This document shows positions 53,161-63,866 of a DNA stretch of 64,000 nt, one piece after another. Below the pieces are notes generated by a model that was given only the letters and a program-made list of their open reading frames with translations, was not told the origin of the DNA and did not search any database. The position numbers were made by a program, and so were the translations under genes. Origin of the DNA: a virus; IMG/VR virus record IMGVR_UViG_3300007790_000161, positions 5,809 through 69,808 of that record, one strand, 5' to 3'. The first letter of the stretch is position 1. The number at the start of each line of letters is the position of its first letter.

Positions 53161-53541
53161 ATGGACCAAATCAAAAGCACTAACGTCATTAAGGCACCTG
53201 AAGTGGTGCTCAATCCGGCTTTCTTTCTACCGCCGGATGTTATTGACGTGCGCGTGGGTAATACCTCAGAGCCGGTAGAAGAAGATGGCATTACCTATGA
53301 TGATGTCATTGATGCCGATGATGTTATTACCGATGAAGATTTGGCCACGGACCCAGGACCCGAAGTTCCTGTTGATGACGATGGGGAGGGAGCAGAAGTG
53401 CTCCCTACACCCCAGTGGATGAACATTATCGACCAGCAGGTTAGAATTGCCCCGGATGGTAAGGCTGTCGTTGATGTTGTTATTGAGCTTGAGGATGTTT
53501 CAGGCGCAACCGAATACGACGTTAGGATTACCAAGTCATGA
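53161..53541 (+). CDS. acidic hypothetical tail-region protein
   Basis: ATG 7 nt after TATAAT of TTGACT-N17-TATAAT (53125-53153). Confidence 0.7.
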   Translation: MDQIKSTNVIKAPEVVLNPAFFLPPDVIDVRVGNTSEPVEEDGITYDDVIDADDVITDEDLATDPGPEVPVDDDGEGAEVLPTPQWMNIIDQQVRIAPDGKAVVDVVIELEDVSGATEYDVRITKS

Positions 53542-54434
53542 GAGGCATTTATCGTTTTTATCAGAATGGCGAACTAATCGCAGAACAGCCCAACCTCATT
53601 ACAATAGAGGGACAGAGGCTTATTTTGCGCTACCTTGCCGGACAGTCTCCTTCCCTTGGAGCTGCAATTGGTGCCGGGGTTTCTTCTGTAGCTGCTACAG
53701 TCAATGACACATATCTTGGATTTGAAGTTGAGAGGGTTGCCGTTAATTTGCGCAATGCAGATTATACAAATGGCATGGTCATTTTCAAGGGAACAGTTGA
53801 GCAGGATGTTGTAATGAATATCTATGAGATGGGTCTCTGGTCTTCTGCCGAGAACAATCTCAATAGTGAATTCGGCTCTAGACTGCTTACAACATTTGAC
53901 CTAGAGCTTGAAGAGTGGACTGAGGTTGTTGCTGACACTACAGCAAATCGCACAAGTGCTGATGCGATTAAGGTTTCTGCTGGAGCAAGCGCGACGATTT
54001 CCCCTCGTCTAGATGTTGATATGGACCTTTCTGGATATTCAGCAAACGACACTTTCTTGCTCGCATTCAGTAAGCCAAACAACAACATCAATACCATTAA
54101 GCTTATTTTTGAAGATGTTGTCGGGGGAGGAAATGCTTCATTGACTAAGACAGTCTCAAGCCTTCCTTCTGGATACAACATTCTTCAGTTCCGAAAGGGA
54201 GACTTTACTGTATCAGGAACTTTCAGTTGGGAAACCATTACCCGAATGGGATTCGATGTAACCGCAGGAGGAACGGCGGGTTATGTCATTCTAGATGGAC
54301 TTCGAGTAGAAGACCTAGATACCCCAAACCAGGACTTTGTTCTCGTTTCTCACGCTATCCTTGGAAGCCCAATTCAAAAGACAAATGTGGCTCCAATGGA
54401 TGTAGAATATGCATTGGACTTTAACGTAACATGA
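53538..54434 (+). CDS. minor tail protein
   Basis: NLITIEG...YLAG and EMGL pattern typical of tail-fibre-base proteins. Confidence 0.7.
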   Translation: MRGIYRFYQNGELIAEQPNLITIEGQRLILRYLAGQSPSLGAAIGAGVSSVAATVNDTYLGFEVERVAVNLRNADYTNGMVIFKGTVEQDVVMNIYEMGLWSSAENNLNSEFGSRLLTTFDLELEEWTEVVADTTANRTSADAIKVSAGASATISPRLDVDMDLSGYSANDTFLLAFSKPNNNINTIKLIFEDVVGGGNASLTKTVSSLPSGYNILQFRKGDFTVSGTFSWETITRMGFDVTAGGTAGYVILDGLRVEDLDTPNQDFVLVSHAILGSPIQKTNVAPMDVEYALDFNVT

Positions 54435-57400
54435 GTAGAATTCTTCTAAGAGACCTAGAGCCAGGAAGACTGTATCACATTCAGGCGAGAGCCACAAATG
54501 GTGAGCAGTCTTCTCAGTGGTCCCAGCTTTGGGACCTTCAGACAACTAGCGACATTATGCCACCAGCCGCACCTACCAGCCTTTCATGGACTGTCGAAGG
54601 TACGGCTTTTAAGGCTACCTGGGCTGGACCAACCCTTAATCAGGATGGGACTCCACTTATGGATTTCAAGGATTTTCAGGTTAAGCTTTATTCTCCAGCA
54701 GCCCCATCTACGATTGTTACATATTACACGACAGCTCCGAGATTTGATTTCCCGTTTGAACTGAACGTGAATTCATTCACGACACCGCGTGCTCAGGTAA
54801 CAATTGAAGTGCGAGCGCGAGACAACACCGGAAATCTATCAACGGCTGCAACGGCTACAGCAACAAATCCACCACCAGCAAATGTAACTGGATTCACGGC
54901 AACTGGAATTACAGATGCTATTGCTTTGAAGTGGAATGCAAATGCCGACACAGACCTAAAGCATTACAAGGTTTGGCAAGGGACTGCGGCGGGTTCTGAA
55001 AATACTCTCGTATATACAGGACTAGCTACTTCTTTCGTATTTGATACTAATTCTACAAATCCGCAGTATTTCAAGATTGTAGCGGTTGACGTTTTTAATA
55101 CAGAGTCAGCAACTGCGGCAACAGCCAGCGCAACCGCAAAGTCTTCCCTTGCCGTAGACGTTAATCCACCAAATGCCCCGACCGGAGTGACTGTTAGTTC
55201 AGCTCTAGATTCATCAGACCCTTCTGGTGGTAGGGCTTACATTGACGTGTCTTGGACCGGGGTTGCCGATACAGACCTACAAAATTACAGTGTTCGATAC
55301 AGTACAGGAACAACTTGGGAGTACATCAATGTTCCAGAGGGCGTTACAACTGCGCGCATCAACGGTCTTAGCCCTAACACAAACTACAATGTTGCCGTGG
55401 CCTCTGTTGATTATTCTGGAAATTCAAGTGCTTACACGAATGCCGGAACATACCCAATTCTAACAGCAAAGGACACTACCGCACCTGCGGCGGTTTCTGG
55501 AGTTACTATGGGAGCCGGTATTACAACGGTGACAGTTGCTTGGACAGAAAGCACAGAAAATGATGTAAAGAATGGTATTGGAAGTTATGAAATTCAGCTT
55601 GATACAGCCAATACATTCAACACGGCTAATCTACTTACTAAGCAGAATTCTGGAACCATTGTATCCTTCTCCAATCTGACATCTAACACAACCTACTACA
55701 CAAGGGTTCGTGCAATTGATGCTACAGGAAATGCGGGAGCTTGGTCTTCTATCGTATCTGGAACACCACGTTACGTAGCCAATGCTGATATTCAGGCGGG
55801 TACAATCAATGGTGACAAGATTACCGCAGCTAGTCTTAACGGTGACAGAGTAGTAGCCAACAGCCTTGATGCAAATACCATCAAGGCCAATTCGACATTT
55901 TCACAGAACCTCACGGTTGGCTCTACCTTCACAATGGGCACCAGCGGAATTATGCAGAGCGCAAATTATGCTGCTGGCTCAACCGGATGGCGTCTAACAA
56001 ATAATACACTTGAAATTAATCAGGGTACCATTAGGGCTTCTGCACTTCAGCTTCAGAATGGTCACAACATGCTTCACCCTGCTTACGCCGACTTTGAGTT
56101 TGTAAAGTCATGGTACACAAGCAACCTTATCACCTTCAATGATGGTGGAGTTTCAACCTGGGCCATTTCTGATGCAACCGACGTTACTGGAAAGTATAAT
56201 ACTCAGTGCATCAAGACTTCATGGACCGGTGTAGGTACATTTTCAAGGACATATCTTGGTCCGACATTCACTAGCTACAATGTTCAGCTAGAGGCCAATA
56301 CCGATTACATTTTCTCTGGATGGGTTTACGTAAAGACCGGAGCTGGTGCAAAGACAGCCGCGCTTGGAATCAAGCTAGCGGATGCTACATTCCCAGGTCC
56401 AGTTGGAAATACCTCAATTCCTGCAACAGGGGTGTGGACAAGGATTTGGGGTACATTCAATTCTGGTACACAAACAAGTGCAGAGCTTTACCTATCTCAA
56501 TATACTGCTGGAGATATGTATTGGGATGGTCTACAGCTTGAAAAGAAGGTTACTGCTGATACGGGTCCTTCACAGTGGAAGCCACCTGCCTCAACATCTA
56601 TCGATGGCGGAATTATTCGCACAGGTGAAATTCGCTCAACGGCTTCAGCAAGTGGTCTGGCAGGGCAGCCAGCATGGTCAATTAATATGCAGGGTAATGC
56701 CCAACTTGGCGATGCTAATATTCGTGGACGCCTTGTTGTTGGTGATGTAAACAATCCATCGGCTGATGGTGCTAATTCCAAGATTCAGTCAGCTAACTAT
56801 TCTGCTGGAACAACGGGTTGGGTTATTCGAAATGACGGATATGCCGAGTTCCGTCAACTAGCCGTAAACTCAATCAAGGTAACTGCGTTCGACTCTCCAT
56901 TCCAGAACACAGCAAATGCTAAGTTGTTCGACTACATGCAGGATGCAAACCTATGGCTACAGAGCGGTTCTGTTCAGCAGAAGATTGACCCTGGTGCTTA
57001 CTCTGCCGAATCTCTGTTCGAGTTTACCGGGCCGGGTCTGGTATTGAGAAATGGTACTGGTGTCAAGCCTATTGCTTATGACCCAACCATTCTTTATCGT
57101 ATTTCTGCCCGTGTTCGAGCCTTCACCGTTTCTACGTTGAATAGCAATGGTACCTTTGAGAGTAACAATACAACTGGTTGGACAGTAGACGCAACAAATG
57201 GTGCAACCATTGCAGCAAGTAACACCTATGCAAGCACAGGAACATATTCGATGAGAATGACTTCTGGTGCTTCAACTGGTGCTTCTTATCGTGCATGGAC
57301 TAATGTTCTTGTAAAGCCTGGATACAATTACACAATCAATGCCAAGATTAAGGCAATGATTCAGGCTGCATACTACAATGCAACGAATTATGGAAACATT

Positions 57401-60400
57401 GAGCTTAGAGTCACTTGGTTTGGAACTAGCGGGTATCTTGATGAGAGTATTCAGCTTATCACCCCACCGGTAGATACTAATGGTGTAATCTTGACAGCCC
57501 CAACAGATTGGTTCTCTGTCGGTGCAACATTTACTGCACCAGCCAATGCAACAAATGCAAACTTTATTATTCGCCTTGCACGTTATGATAACGTAACTGC
57601 TGGAACTGTAATCGGATACATTGATGATGTTGCCGTTACCACACCACCAAGAATTAAGCTTGGTCTATTTGGTATGGATAACGCCAATAACTTCATCGAT
57701 TATGACTTCATTGATGATGCCACAACGCCAACAAAGAAGCATCCTATGCCGACAGATTACAGCACTTTGGCCGGGTATTCTTCAAATCAGTATATGCTTG
57801 TTGCTGATAATGTTGAAGTTCCTATTGCTACTGGTGGCTCAGGCACTACGTCTGACTGGATTACCCTAACAGGTTACATGAAGGGCCGTGGTGGTTCTGG
57901 TGCAACTGGTAAATTCGGTAAGGCTGGAATGTTCCTTGATGAATACAATCCTTCATCATTTAACCAGGAAGTTAGATTCATGGTTCCTTACGTTGAATTT
58001 GATACCGCCCCAGGTTCTATCGCTCAGCTTGACCAGTTCTCTATTGAATCATATGAATCTGGAGCTGTAGCCAAGGTTGACACGACCGGTAATAGCGAAA
58101 GCATGAAATCTGTATCCATTGAGAATATTCAGGATGGTACAGAATTTGACCATGCCCTTAGATTCTACACCGGAGAAATTGACGAAAAGAAGCCGGGTCT
58201 GATTGGTCATATTACAGATGGTGAGACCAACGATGCAGCACACCTAAGAATTGTTCCACCACTTCTCAATAGCTTGAGTGGTTACAATGAAGGTCCATAC
58301 ATTGGTATTTGGGACCAGAACCCTAACTATCTATATGATGCATCATTCCAGACTGGAATTTCTGGTTGGACTGGAATGGCAAACACAACCCTTTCTTGGA
58401 ATGAAACGGTTGGTCGTGAGGATAATTCGTGTCTTCAGATTCAGGCAACAGGAACAATCTCTAGCCCATCAACTACAGAGCTTTTGGGTAAGTATCAAGT
58501 ATCTGTTCTTGGTAATCAGGAATTGGTTGGCCAGAAGGTAACTGTTTCTGGTTATGCAATGATGGGAACTGCTACAGGTAGGAATGTTCGTTTGGTAGTG
58601 AAGTTCCTTGATGAAGCTGGAGCAATGCTTAATGGATACTTCATTGAAAAGGCAATCACCAATAATGACTGGACATACTATGCATTTGTAACTCCGATTG
58701 TTGTTCCAGATACTTGTTACACAATTGAATTTTCATTCAGTTGGTTCAATGGAGCAACTGGCGATATCGTTTATGTAGAAGATGTCCAGCTTGAGGCCAA
58801 TGACAAGAAGACGGATTTCCGTTCTGCTTCAGCAAGCAAAATTGATTTGAATGCTGAAGTCGTTCGTAGCCGTGGTCCAATTATCATTGCTGAGAATGAC
58901 TTCCAGCTTCCTTCTGCGGTAATTGGTGGAACTGGAAAGCCTGATGCGCCAGGATACAAGGGTGTAATTCTTCAGAATGAAGCGGGTACTGGTGGACTGA
59001 GACTCATCAATTATACTGACACTAATGGCTCTAGAGTTTCACTTACAACATCATTCTTCAGTTCAGAAGGTGTTGAAGAATCTAGAATTGCTATTTATGG
59101 TATGGCAGATGGTGCATTCCCAGGAAGAATGGCTCTAACGAGTCCTAACGGCTCTTGGGCGCTGTCTACCCAGCCTGCGGCTGATGGCAATTATCCATAT
59201 GATGTTCACGTTCATGGTTCACTTATCGTTGATGGTCCACTACAGTGGGTTCCGCTTACCTCAAGCGTACTGACCCCATTTGACGCCGGTCGTGCACTAG
59301 GTGTAGCAAAGATTAACAACATGCTAGTATTCCGTGGTGCTGGCTCATGGACTGGTACGGCTGGTGCCACAGGAAGCGTTATCTTTACTCTTCCTTCTGG
59401 ATATCGACCATCGAGTCCTCAGTATATGTGTGCATTGATGTGGAATGGTAACTCTTGGTCATCTGGTGTGGCTTTCCACGTCAAGACCAGTGGGGAATGT
59501 ATTCTTTGGTCACCTCCTGAGGGTGCTGGACTAGGTACCTCCCTCTCAATTGAGGGATTGCAGATGAACTTGTCAGCAATGCCTACGACAAGTACGCCGG
59601 GAACTGACACGACTGCTCCATCAGCCCCTACTGGATTTACAATTTCTGCGGTATCGTCTGGAACGTCAACAGGTTCCTACAAGCTTGCTTGGACGAACCC
59701 TAGCGCTTCTGATACAGCAGGTGTTAAGGTTATCTGGAGGTCTGACCGCTACCCAACAGTAACAATTGCGAGTTCCGGTACAAAGACCTTGACAACCGAT
59801 GGTACAGTGATTACGGTTACTGGTTCTGCATCACAGGCAAAGACCTACACACACTCGGGTCTTCCAGTCAACAAGACAATTTACTACCGCGTGGTTTCTT
59901 ATGACAAGTCTGGTAACCATTCCTCATATGTGAGCGCGTCTAGATATCTTCTGGCAAGTCCTATCACCATTTCTCCATCTAGCTCTGGTTCATACCGACT
60001 AGGTTACGGCGGTATGTGGAGAAATGATGGTGATGAAGTTTACCAGGGTGACTGGACTGGAAACGACAACCACCGTGGTTTGTACTTCTACGGTAGCAAC
60101 ATTTACAGCAAGTTGGCAACTGGTGGTGTTGTTCGTACTCCAACCAAGATGACTATTTACCTGAAGAGACTTAATACCTCTCACGGTAATAACGCCGGGG
60201 TTGGAATCAATCTTCGTGGTCACAAGTATCAAACGAAGCCTTCTGGAGACCCAGTTGGTTCTATGACAAACGAAGGAAGTTCTGGAGACAATATCGTTTA
60301 TCTAAGTCGTGGTGAGGCGGCTACGGTAACGATTCCATCTTCATGGTACAATAACTTTGTTGTTGCTGACCCGAACAATACCGACCGACTTGAGGGTATC

Positions 60401-60496
60401 GGTGTGTATGGTAGTTCGACCTCAGATTATGCCGTTTTGTACGGTAAGTCAAGCGGGTCTAGTTACGGAAAGCTAACTATCTACCACAAGGGTTGA
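54431..60496 (+). CDS. large tail fibre or host-specificity protein with FN3 and carbohydrate-binding repeats
   Basis: 2021 aa; repeated PPxAPTG...W...Y FN3 units and NxxFE...GW CBM-like modules. Confidence 0.82.
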   Translation: MSRILLRDLEPGRLYHIQARATNGEQSSQWSQLWDLQTTSDIMPPAAPTSLSWTVEGTAFKATWAGPTLNQDGTPLMDFKDFQVKLYSPAAPSTIVTYYTTAPRFDFPFELNVNSFTTPRAQVTIEVRARDNTGNLSTAATATATNPPPANVTGFTATGITDAIALKWNANADTDLKHYKVWQGTAAGSENTLVYTGLATSFVFDTNSTNPQYFKIVAVDVFNTESATAATASATAKSSLAVDVNPPNAPTGVTVSSALDSSDPSGGRAYIDVSWTGVADTDLQNYSVRYSTGTTWEYINVPEGVTTARINGLSPNTNYNVAVASVDYSGNSSAYTNAGTYPILTAKDTTAPAAVSGVTMGAGITTVTVAWTESTENDVKNGIGSYEIQLDTANTFNTANLLTKQNSGTIVSFSNLTSNTTYYTRVRAIDATGNAGAWSSIVSGTPRYVANADIQAGTINGDKITAASLNGDRVVANSLDANTIKANSTFSQNLTVGSTFTMGTSGIMQSANYAAGSTGWRLTNNTLEINQGTIRASALQLQNGHNMLHPAYADFEFVKSWYTSNLITFNDGGVSTWAISDATDVTGKYNTQCIKTSWTGVGTFSRTYLGPTFTSYNVQLEANTDYIFSGWVYVKTGAGAKTAALGIKLADATFPGPVGNTSIPATGVWTRIWGTFNSGTQTSAELYLSQYTAGDMYWDGLQLEKKVTADTGPSQWKPPASTSIDGGIIRTGEIRSTASASGLAGQPAWSINMQGNAQLGDANIRGRLVVGDVNNPSADGANSKIQSANYSAGTTGWVIRNDGYAEFRQLAVNSIKVTAFDSPFQNTANAKLFDYMQDANLWLQSGSVQQKIDPGAYSAESLFEFTGPGLVLRNGTGVKPIAYDPTILYRISARVRAFTVSTLNSNGTFESNNTTGWTVDATNGATIAASNTYASTGTYSMRMTSGASTGASYRAWTNVLVKPGYNYTINAKIKAMIQAAYYNATNYGNIELRVTWFGTSGYLDESIQLITPPVDTNGVILTAPTDWFSVGATFTAPANATNANFIIRLARYDNVTAGTVIGYIDDVAVTTPPRIKLGLFGMDNANNFIDYDFIDDATTPTKKHPMPTDYSTLAGYSSNQYMLVADNVEVPIATGGSGTTSDWITLTGYMKGRGGSGATGKFGKAGMFLDEYNPSSFNQEVRFMVPYVEFDTAPGSIAQLDQFSIESYESGAVAKVDTTGNSESMKSVSIENIQDGTEFDHALRFYTGEIDEKKPGLIGHITDGETNDAAHLRIVPPLLNSLSGYNEGPYIGIWDQNPNYLYDASFQTGISGWTGMANTTLSWNETVGREDNSCLQIQATGTISSPSTTELLGKYQVSVLGNQELVGQKVTVSGYAMMGTATGRNVRLVVKFLDEAGAMLNGYFIEKAITNNDWTYYAFVTPIVVPDTCYTIEFSFSWFNGATGDIVYVEDVQLEANDKKTDFRSASASKIDLNAEVVRSRGPIIIAENDFQLPSAVIGGTGKPDAPGYKGVILQNEAGTGGLRLINYTDTNGSRVSLTTSFFSSEGVEESRIAIYGMADGAFPGRMALTSPNGSWALSTQPAADGNYPYDVHVHGSLIVDGPLQWVPLTSSVLTPFDAGRALGVAKINNMLVFRGAGSWTGTAGATGSVIFTLPSGYRPSSPQYMCALMWNGNSWSSGVAFHVKTSGECILWSPPEGAGLGTSLSIEGLQMNLSAMPTTSTPGTDTTAPSAPTGFTISAVSSGTSTGSYKLAWTNPSASDTAGVKVIWRSDRYPTVTIASSGTKTLTTDGTVITVTGSASQAKTYTHSGLPVNKTIYYRVVSYDKSGNHSSYVSASRYLLASPITISPSSSGSYRLGYGGMWRNDGDEVYQGDWTGNDNHRGLYFYGSNIYSKLATGGVVRTPTKMTIYLKRLNTSHGNNAGVGINLRGHKYQTKPSGDPVGSMTNEGSSGDNIVYLSRGEAATVTIPSSWYNNFVVADPNNTDRLEGIGVYGSSTSDYAVLYGKSSGSSYGKLTIYHKG

Positions 60497-60553
60497 CAAG
60501 ACCGAGTGGTCTGTGTATATAATATTCAAAGAGAGAAAGAAGTTAAAGAAATT

Positions 60554-60781
60554 ATGGATAATACAAAGAGACTAGAACTAACTATTACTGCTCTTAAGCA
60601 GAGTCTAGGAAAGAAGATTGCTGATGCTGAAGAGGAAATTGCCAGCATCAGAGCCGAGGCTTCTCTCTTGCTTGAGGATAACGCTAAGCGAATTGGCGAG
60701 CTTGAGCAGGAGAATGCTGAGCTGAAAAGTCGCCTTGAGGAGACGAATGAGAATGTGGCCGTTTCGTCGGAAGACGCCTGA
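60554..60781 (+). CDS. coiled-coil hypothetical protein
   Basis: Heptad pattern. Confidence 0.65.
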   Translation: MDNTKRLELTITALKQSLGKKIADAEEEIASIRAEASLLLEDNAKRIGELEQENAELKSRLEETNENVAVSSEDA

Positions 60782-61157
60782 GCTTAACATTCCAACTACT
60801 AAGACGGATTACCCTTACGGCCTCTTTGTCGTTACAGAGGCCGGGTATTTCCTCATTAGGGATGGCTACCGTGTTGGCGTAAAGTCTGATAGAGTTGTTT
60901 CTTCATGGCACGCTCACATCTCTTTGTCCAGTGAAGCGGCAGTTGCTCACATTCCTGTTAAGGGATATATTGGTTTTAGAGATGGTACGCTGATTAGAAA
61001 TCAAGCCGATAAGAAGGACTATCTGATTTCTCGCGGGTTGAAGAGGCACATTGTCTCTCCAGATGTATTCAGTAAGTACGGTCTTGATGAGAAAAGCATC
61101 ATTGTAGTTTCTGAAGAAGAAACCAATTTTCACAGTGATGGGGAGGTGTTGAGTTAA
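60747..61157 (+). CDS. hypothetical protein
   Basis: In operon. Confidence 0.65.
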   Translation: MRMWPFRRKTPELNIPTTKTDYPYGLFVVTEAGYFLIRDGYRVGVKSDRVVSSWHAHISLSSEAAVAHIPVKGYIGFRDGTLIRNQADKKDYLISRGLKRHIVSPDVFSKYGLDEKSIIVVSEEETNFHSDGEVLS

Positions 61158-61598
61158 TTGGCCGTTTCAGCGTTTAAGGATGTTAATTGGGCTCCAAATG
61201 AATATCTAGCAACTGATAAGTTGAATACGATGGTATCGAATACACGATACCTCTTTGAAAGAGCACCGAAGTTGTATTACAATTCTTATTCCATTAAGAA
61301 GGATTCTGGAATTAAGATTGCATGTGGTACCGCAACAATTGCACCAAGTAAGGCGCACTATTACAAGAAGACTATCAATTTCGGAAGCTTCTTTACTGCT
61401 GGCTCTAAGCCGGTAATTGTTACAAGTGTGACTTCTCCATATAACAGAAGAATTATTCTTTCACATTATGGAATTCAAGGAGAAGGATACGTTCCAGACC
61501 ACAGGGGATTTATTGTGGTTGGTGCTACAGCTACTCTTGAGAAGTCTCACTATTTGGCAAAGCAAATCTATATCAACTGGATTGCGATGGGATACTAA
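61158..61598 (+). CDS. hypothetical protein with a gp53-like or tail-tip beta domain
   Basis: GIKIACG...INF...F...PVIV...YINWIAMGY. Confidence 0.6.
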   Translation: MAVSAFKDVNWAPNEYLATDKLNTMVSNTRYLFERAPKLYYNSYSIKKDSGIKIACGTATIAPSKAHYYKKTINFGSFFTAGSKPVIVTSVTSPYNRRIILSHYGIQGEGYVPDHRGFIVVGATATLEKSHYLAKQIYINWIAMGY

Positions 61599-61619
61599 AA
61601 TTTGGAAGGAGGCGTGTCT

Positions 61620-61907
61620 ATGAAGTATACTCCACTACAGAAGTGGCATAGACGCGACCGCCGCCTAAATCCTAACGGTTATGTTTTGGTTTGGGTGCCT
61701 GAGCATCCGAAAAGTTTTTCGGGCGGGTGGTATTATGAACACAGACTTGCAGCAGAAAGGAGCATGGGACGAATCCTTAAATCATGGGAAACAGTTCACC
61801 ACATTTCTGGCGACAAGACGGATAACTCGTGGTACAATCTGTTCGTATGCACAAGGAAAGAACATGACCGGGCTGACCGGTTGACAACTCAGCTAGTGTT
61901 GAGGTAA
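61620..61907 (+). CDS. HNH endonuclease (HNH_3 type)
   Basis: YEHRL, VHHISGDKTDNSWYNL and H. Confidence 0.85.
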   Translation: MKYTPLQKWHRRDRRLNPNGYVLVWVPEHPKSFSGGWYYEHRLAAERSMGRILKSWETVHHISGDKTDNSWYNLFVCTRKEHDRADRLTTQLVLR

Positions 61908-61970
61908 GGTTAAGTAATTGTCCAGGAGGGCCGGGGAAACTCGGTCCTCACTGTTTTGATAGGAGAATAT

Positions 61971-62786
61971 ATGAAGTGGGCTTTTGTAGGTGACCTACAG
62001 ATTCCATATCACGATAAGCGAGCGGTAGACCTTTTCTTTAAGGCTATGAAGTGGTGGAAGCCAGATGCGATGGACTTCCTTGGGGACATCGATGACCAGC
62101 TAGAATATAGTAGGTTCTCTGATGGAACTACAGACGAATTCTTCAGTCAGCTAAAGAAGGAAAAGAAGATTGATGAAGAGACCGACGAGCAGTTTCGTGG
62201 CCGGGTTTCTCCTCTTCCATTCATAAAGAAGAATGCAGAGGGAGCAAGGGAGCTTTACACCTTTGCTCGGAATCAGCATAAGGACGCTGACATGCACGCG
62301 AGTTTGGGTAATCATGATATTCGTGCAAAGGGATACATGGATAAGAAGTTTCCTGAGTACGTGGACGAAGTTACTCCAAATATGCTGTGGGGTCTCGATG
62401 ACCTTGGGATTGCATGGCGTCCATATGAACTTCCGCCAATCGAGAGATTTGGCGGGATTTACGTTCATCACGGAAATACAACTACAACTACCGGTCTAGC
62501 AGTAAAGAGTGATATCGAGAATTACAACATCTCTCTTGCACGTGGACACGACCATCGTGGTGGTGTAGTATATAAGTCATATCCAATGACAGGGACCACA
62601 CTGGTTGGTCTAGGCACCGGTCATCTTTGTGACCCGAGTGCATACGGATTGAGATACACTACAAATCCGTCGTGGGAACTTGGTTTTGGAATTGGGCATG
62701 TTATTGATAATGTTCCGTTTCTTCAGTTCGTTCCCATCTCTCCAGACTATGTTTGTGTAGTTGATGGAAAGGTTTTCAAGGGCTAG
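61971..62786 (+). CDS. metallophosphoesterase
   Basis: GDLQIPYHD, LGD, GNHD, HHG and GHDH. Confidence 0.85.
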   Translation: MKWAFVGDLQIPYHDKRAVDLFFKAMKWWKPDAMDFLGDIDDQLEYSRFSDGTTDEFFSQLKKEKKIDEETDEQFRGRVSPLPFIKKNAEGARELYTFARNQHKDADMHASLGNHDIRAKGYMDKKFPEYVDEVTPNMLWGLDDLGIAWRPYELPPIERFGGIYVHHGNTTTTTGLAVKSDIENYNISLARGHDHRGGVVYKSYPMTGTTLVGLGTGHLCDPSAYGLRYTTNPSWELGFGIGHVIDNVPFLQFVPISPDYVCVVDGKVFKG

Positions 62787-62861
62787 TCAACTTAAAATTG
62801 CCCTTGAATCTCGGCTCTGCTATAATGAGCTTAGATAAAAAGTGAAGGAGGTATAACCTAT

Positions 62862-63206
62862 ATGGCTTATGCCAAGTCTCTGCTAGCAGTTCTCGTAACC
62901 GTTATTTCTGCGGTTGTTGCTGCTCTTACTGACAACACTGTGACCAACGTAGAGTGGATTAACGTTGCCATTGCTGGTGCCGGTGCTGCTGCTGTTTTTG
63001 CTGCACCTAACGTTCCTGGCTCTCGTTACACAAAGGCTATTCTCGCTATTGTTACCGCAGTTCTTACATTCCTCGTGACTGTAATTACCGACGGTATCAC
63101 GGCATCTGAGTGGCTACAGGTTCTTGTTATTGCTGCTGGTGCTCTCGGAGTTTATGCAGTTCCTAACAAGCCTACGACCACGATTGGTCAGCCTAGTGTA
63201 CTGTAA
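62862..63206 (+). CDS. holin (putative), internally duplicated membrane protein
   Basis: Four TM helices in two repeats (YAK/YTK...EW...AVPN); promoter TTGCCC-N17-TATAAT at 62798-62826. Confidence 0.68.
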   Translation: MAYAKSLLAVLVTVISAVVAALTDNTVTNVEWINVAIAGAGAAAVFAAPNVPGSRYTKAILAIVTAVLTFLVTVITDGITASEWLQVLVIAAGALGVYAVPNKPTTTIGQPSVL

Positions 63207-63387
63207 TAAGTGTAACGGTCGAGTGATGTTTGACCGTGTGTTTTCAGAAAAGAAGCACGTAGAACTGTTTTGCATCATCTGCGGTAAGCGATGGATGCTA
63301 GATAAGACAAAGAATAGGTTTGCTGCATGGCTATGGAAAACGGAACAAAGCCACGCCACCGCCGCAAGCGACGCAAGGCCCGTCTGA
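63196..63387 (+). CDS. Zn-ribbon protein
   Basis: GTG start; CNKC...CIICG. Confidence 0.65.
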   Translation: MYCNKCNGRVMFDRVFSEKKHVELFCIICGKRWMLDKTKNRFAAWLWKTEQSHATAASDARPV

Positions 63388-63866
63388 GGTACTTTTACTT
63401 GAACGGGGATTTGCACAAAGTCCTCAGTGTTAATCGACCTGAGGACTTTGTTATTTGCTGGAACTTTCCGCAAGGAAAGCGGGTCGGTTATGTCTGGTCC
63501 GATGTCAGAAAAAATCATGGTAAGGCTTTCAAGATGAAGCAGGTTAGTGCTATGATTGGAAGGCATCGGGTCAACATTGAGCGTGATATTTTGGCGGGTA
63601 AGATTAAGACCCCCCAAAGAACATACACTCTAGATGAAAAAAGAAGGCCACTGTTTTACATGTTCTCTGAAGAAAACATGTTTGATTTGCATGACTATCT
63701 TCTCACAGTCCATATTGGAAGACCTCGTAAGGATGGTAAGATTAGACCTAGACAGTCTCTTCCTTCAAAGGCTGAATTGAGAGCTATGATGCGTCATGAC
63801 CTTGTAACATACGTTAAGACCGAAGGCGGAGAGTTCGTTCCCGTCTGGAAGGAGCAAGATTGGTAA
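63327..63866 (+). CDS. helix-turn-helix DNA-binding protein (putative)
   Basis: MKQVSAMIGRHRVNIERDI is HTH-like; basic N-terminus. Confidence 0.6.
   Translation: MAMENGTKPRHRRKRRKARLRYFYLNGDLHKVLSVNRPEDFVICWNFPQGKRVGYVWSDVRKNHGKAFKMKQVSAMIGRHRVNIERDILAGKIKTPQRTYTLDEKRRPLFYMFSEENMFDLHDYLLTVHIGRPRKDGKIRPRQSLPSKAELRAMMRHDLVTYVKTEGGEFVPVWKEQDW

Noticed and set aside
33859-60496. Terminase or integrase genes
   Set aside because: No Walker A/nuclease terminase motifs or recombinase motifs were seen in the window. They may lie elsewhere in the genome, so a lifestyle call remains inferential.
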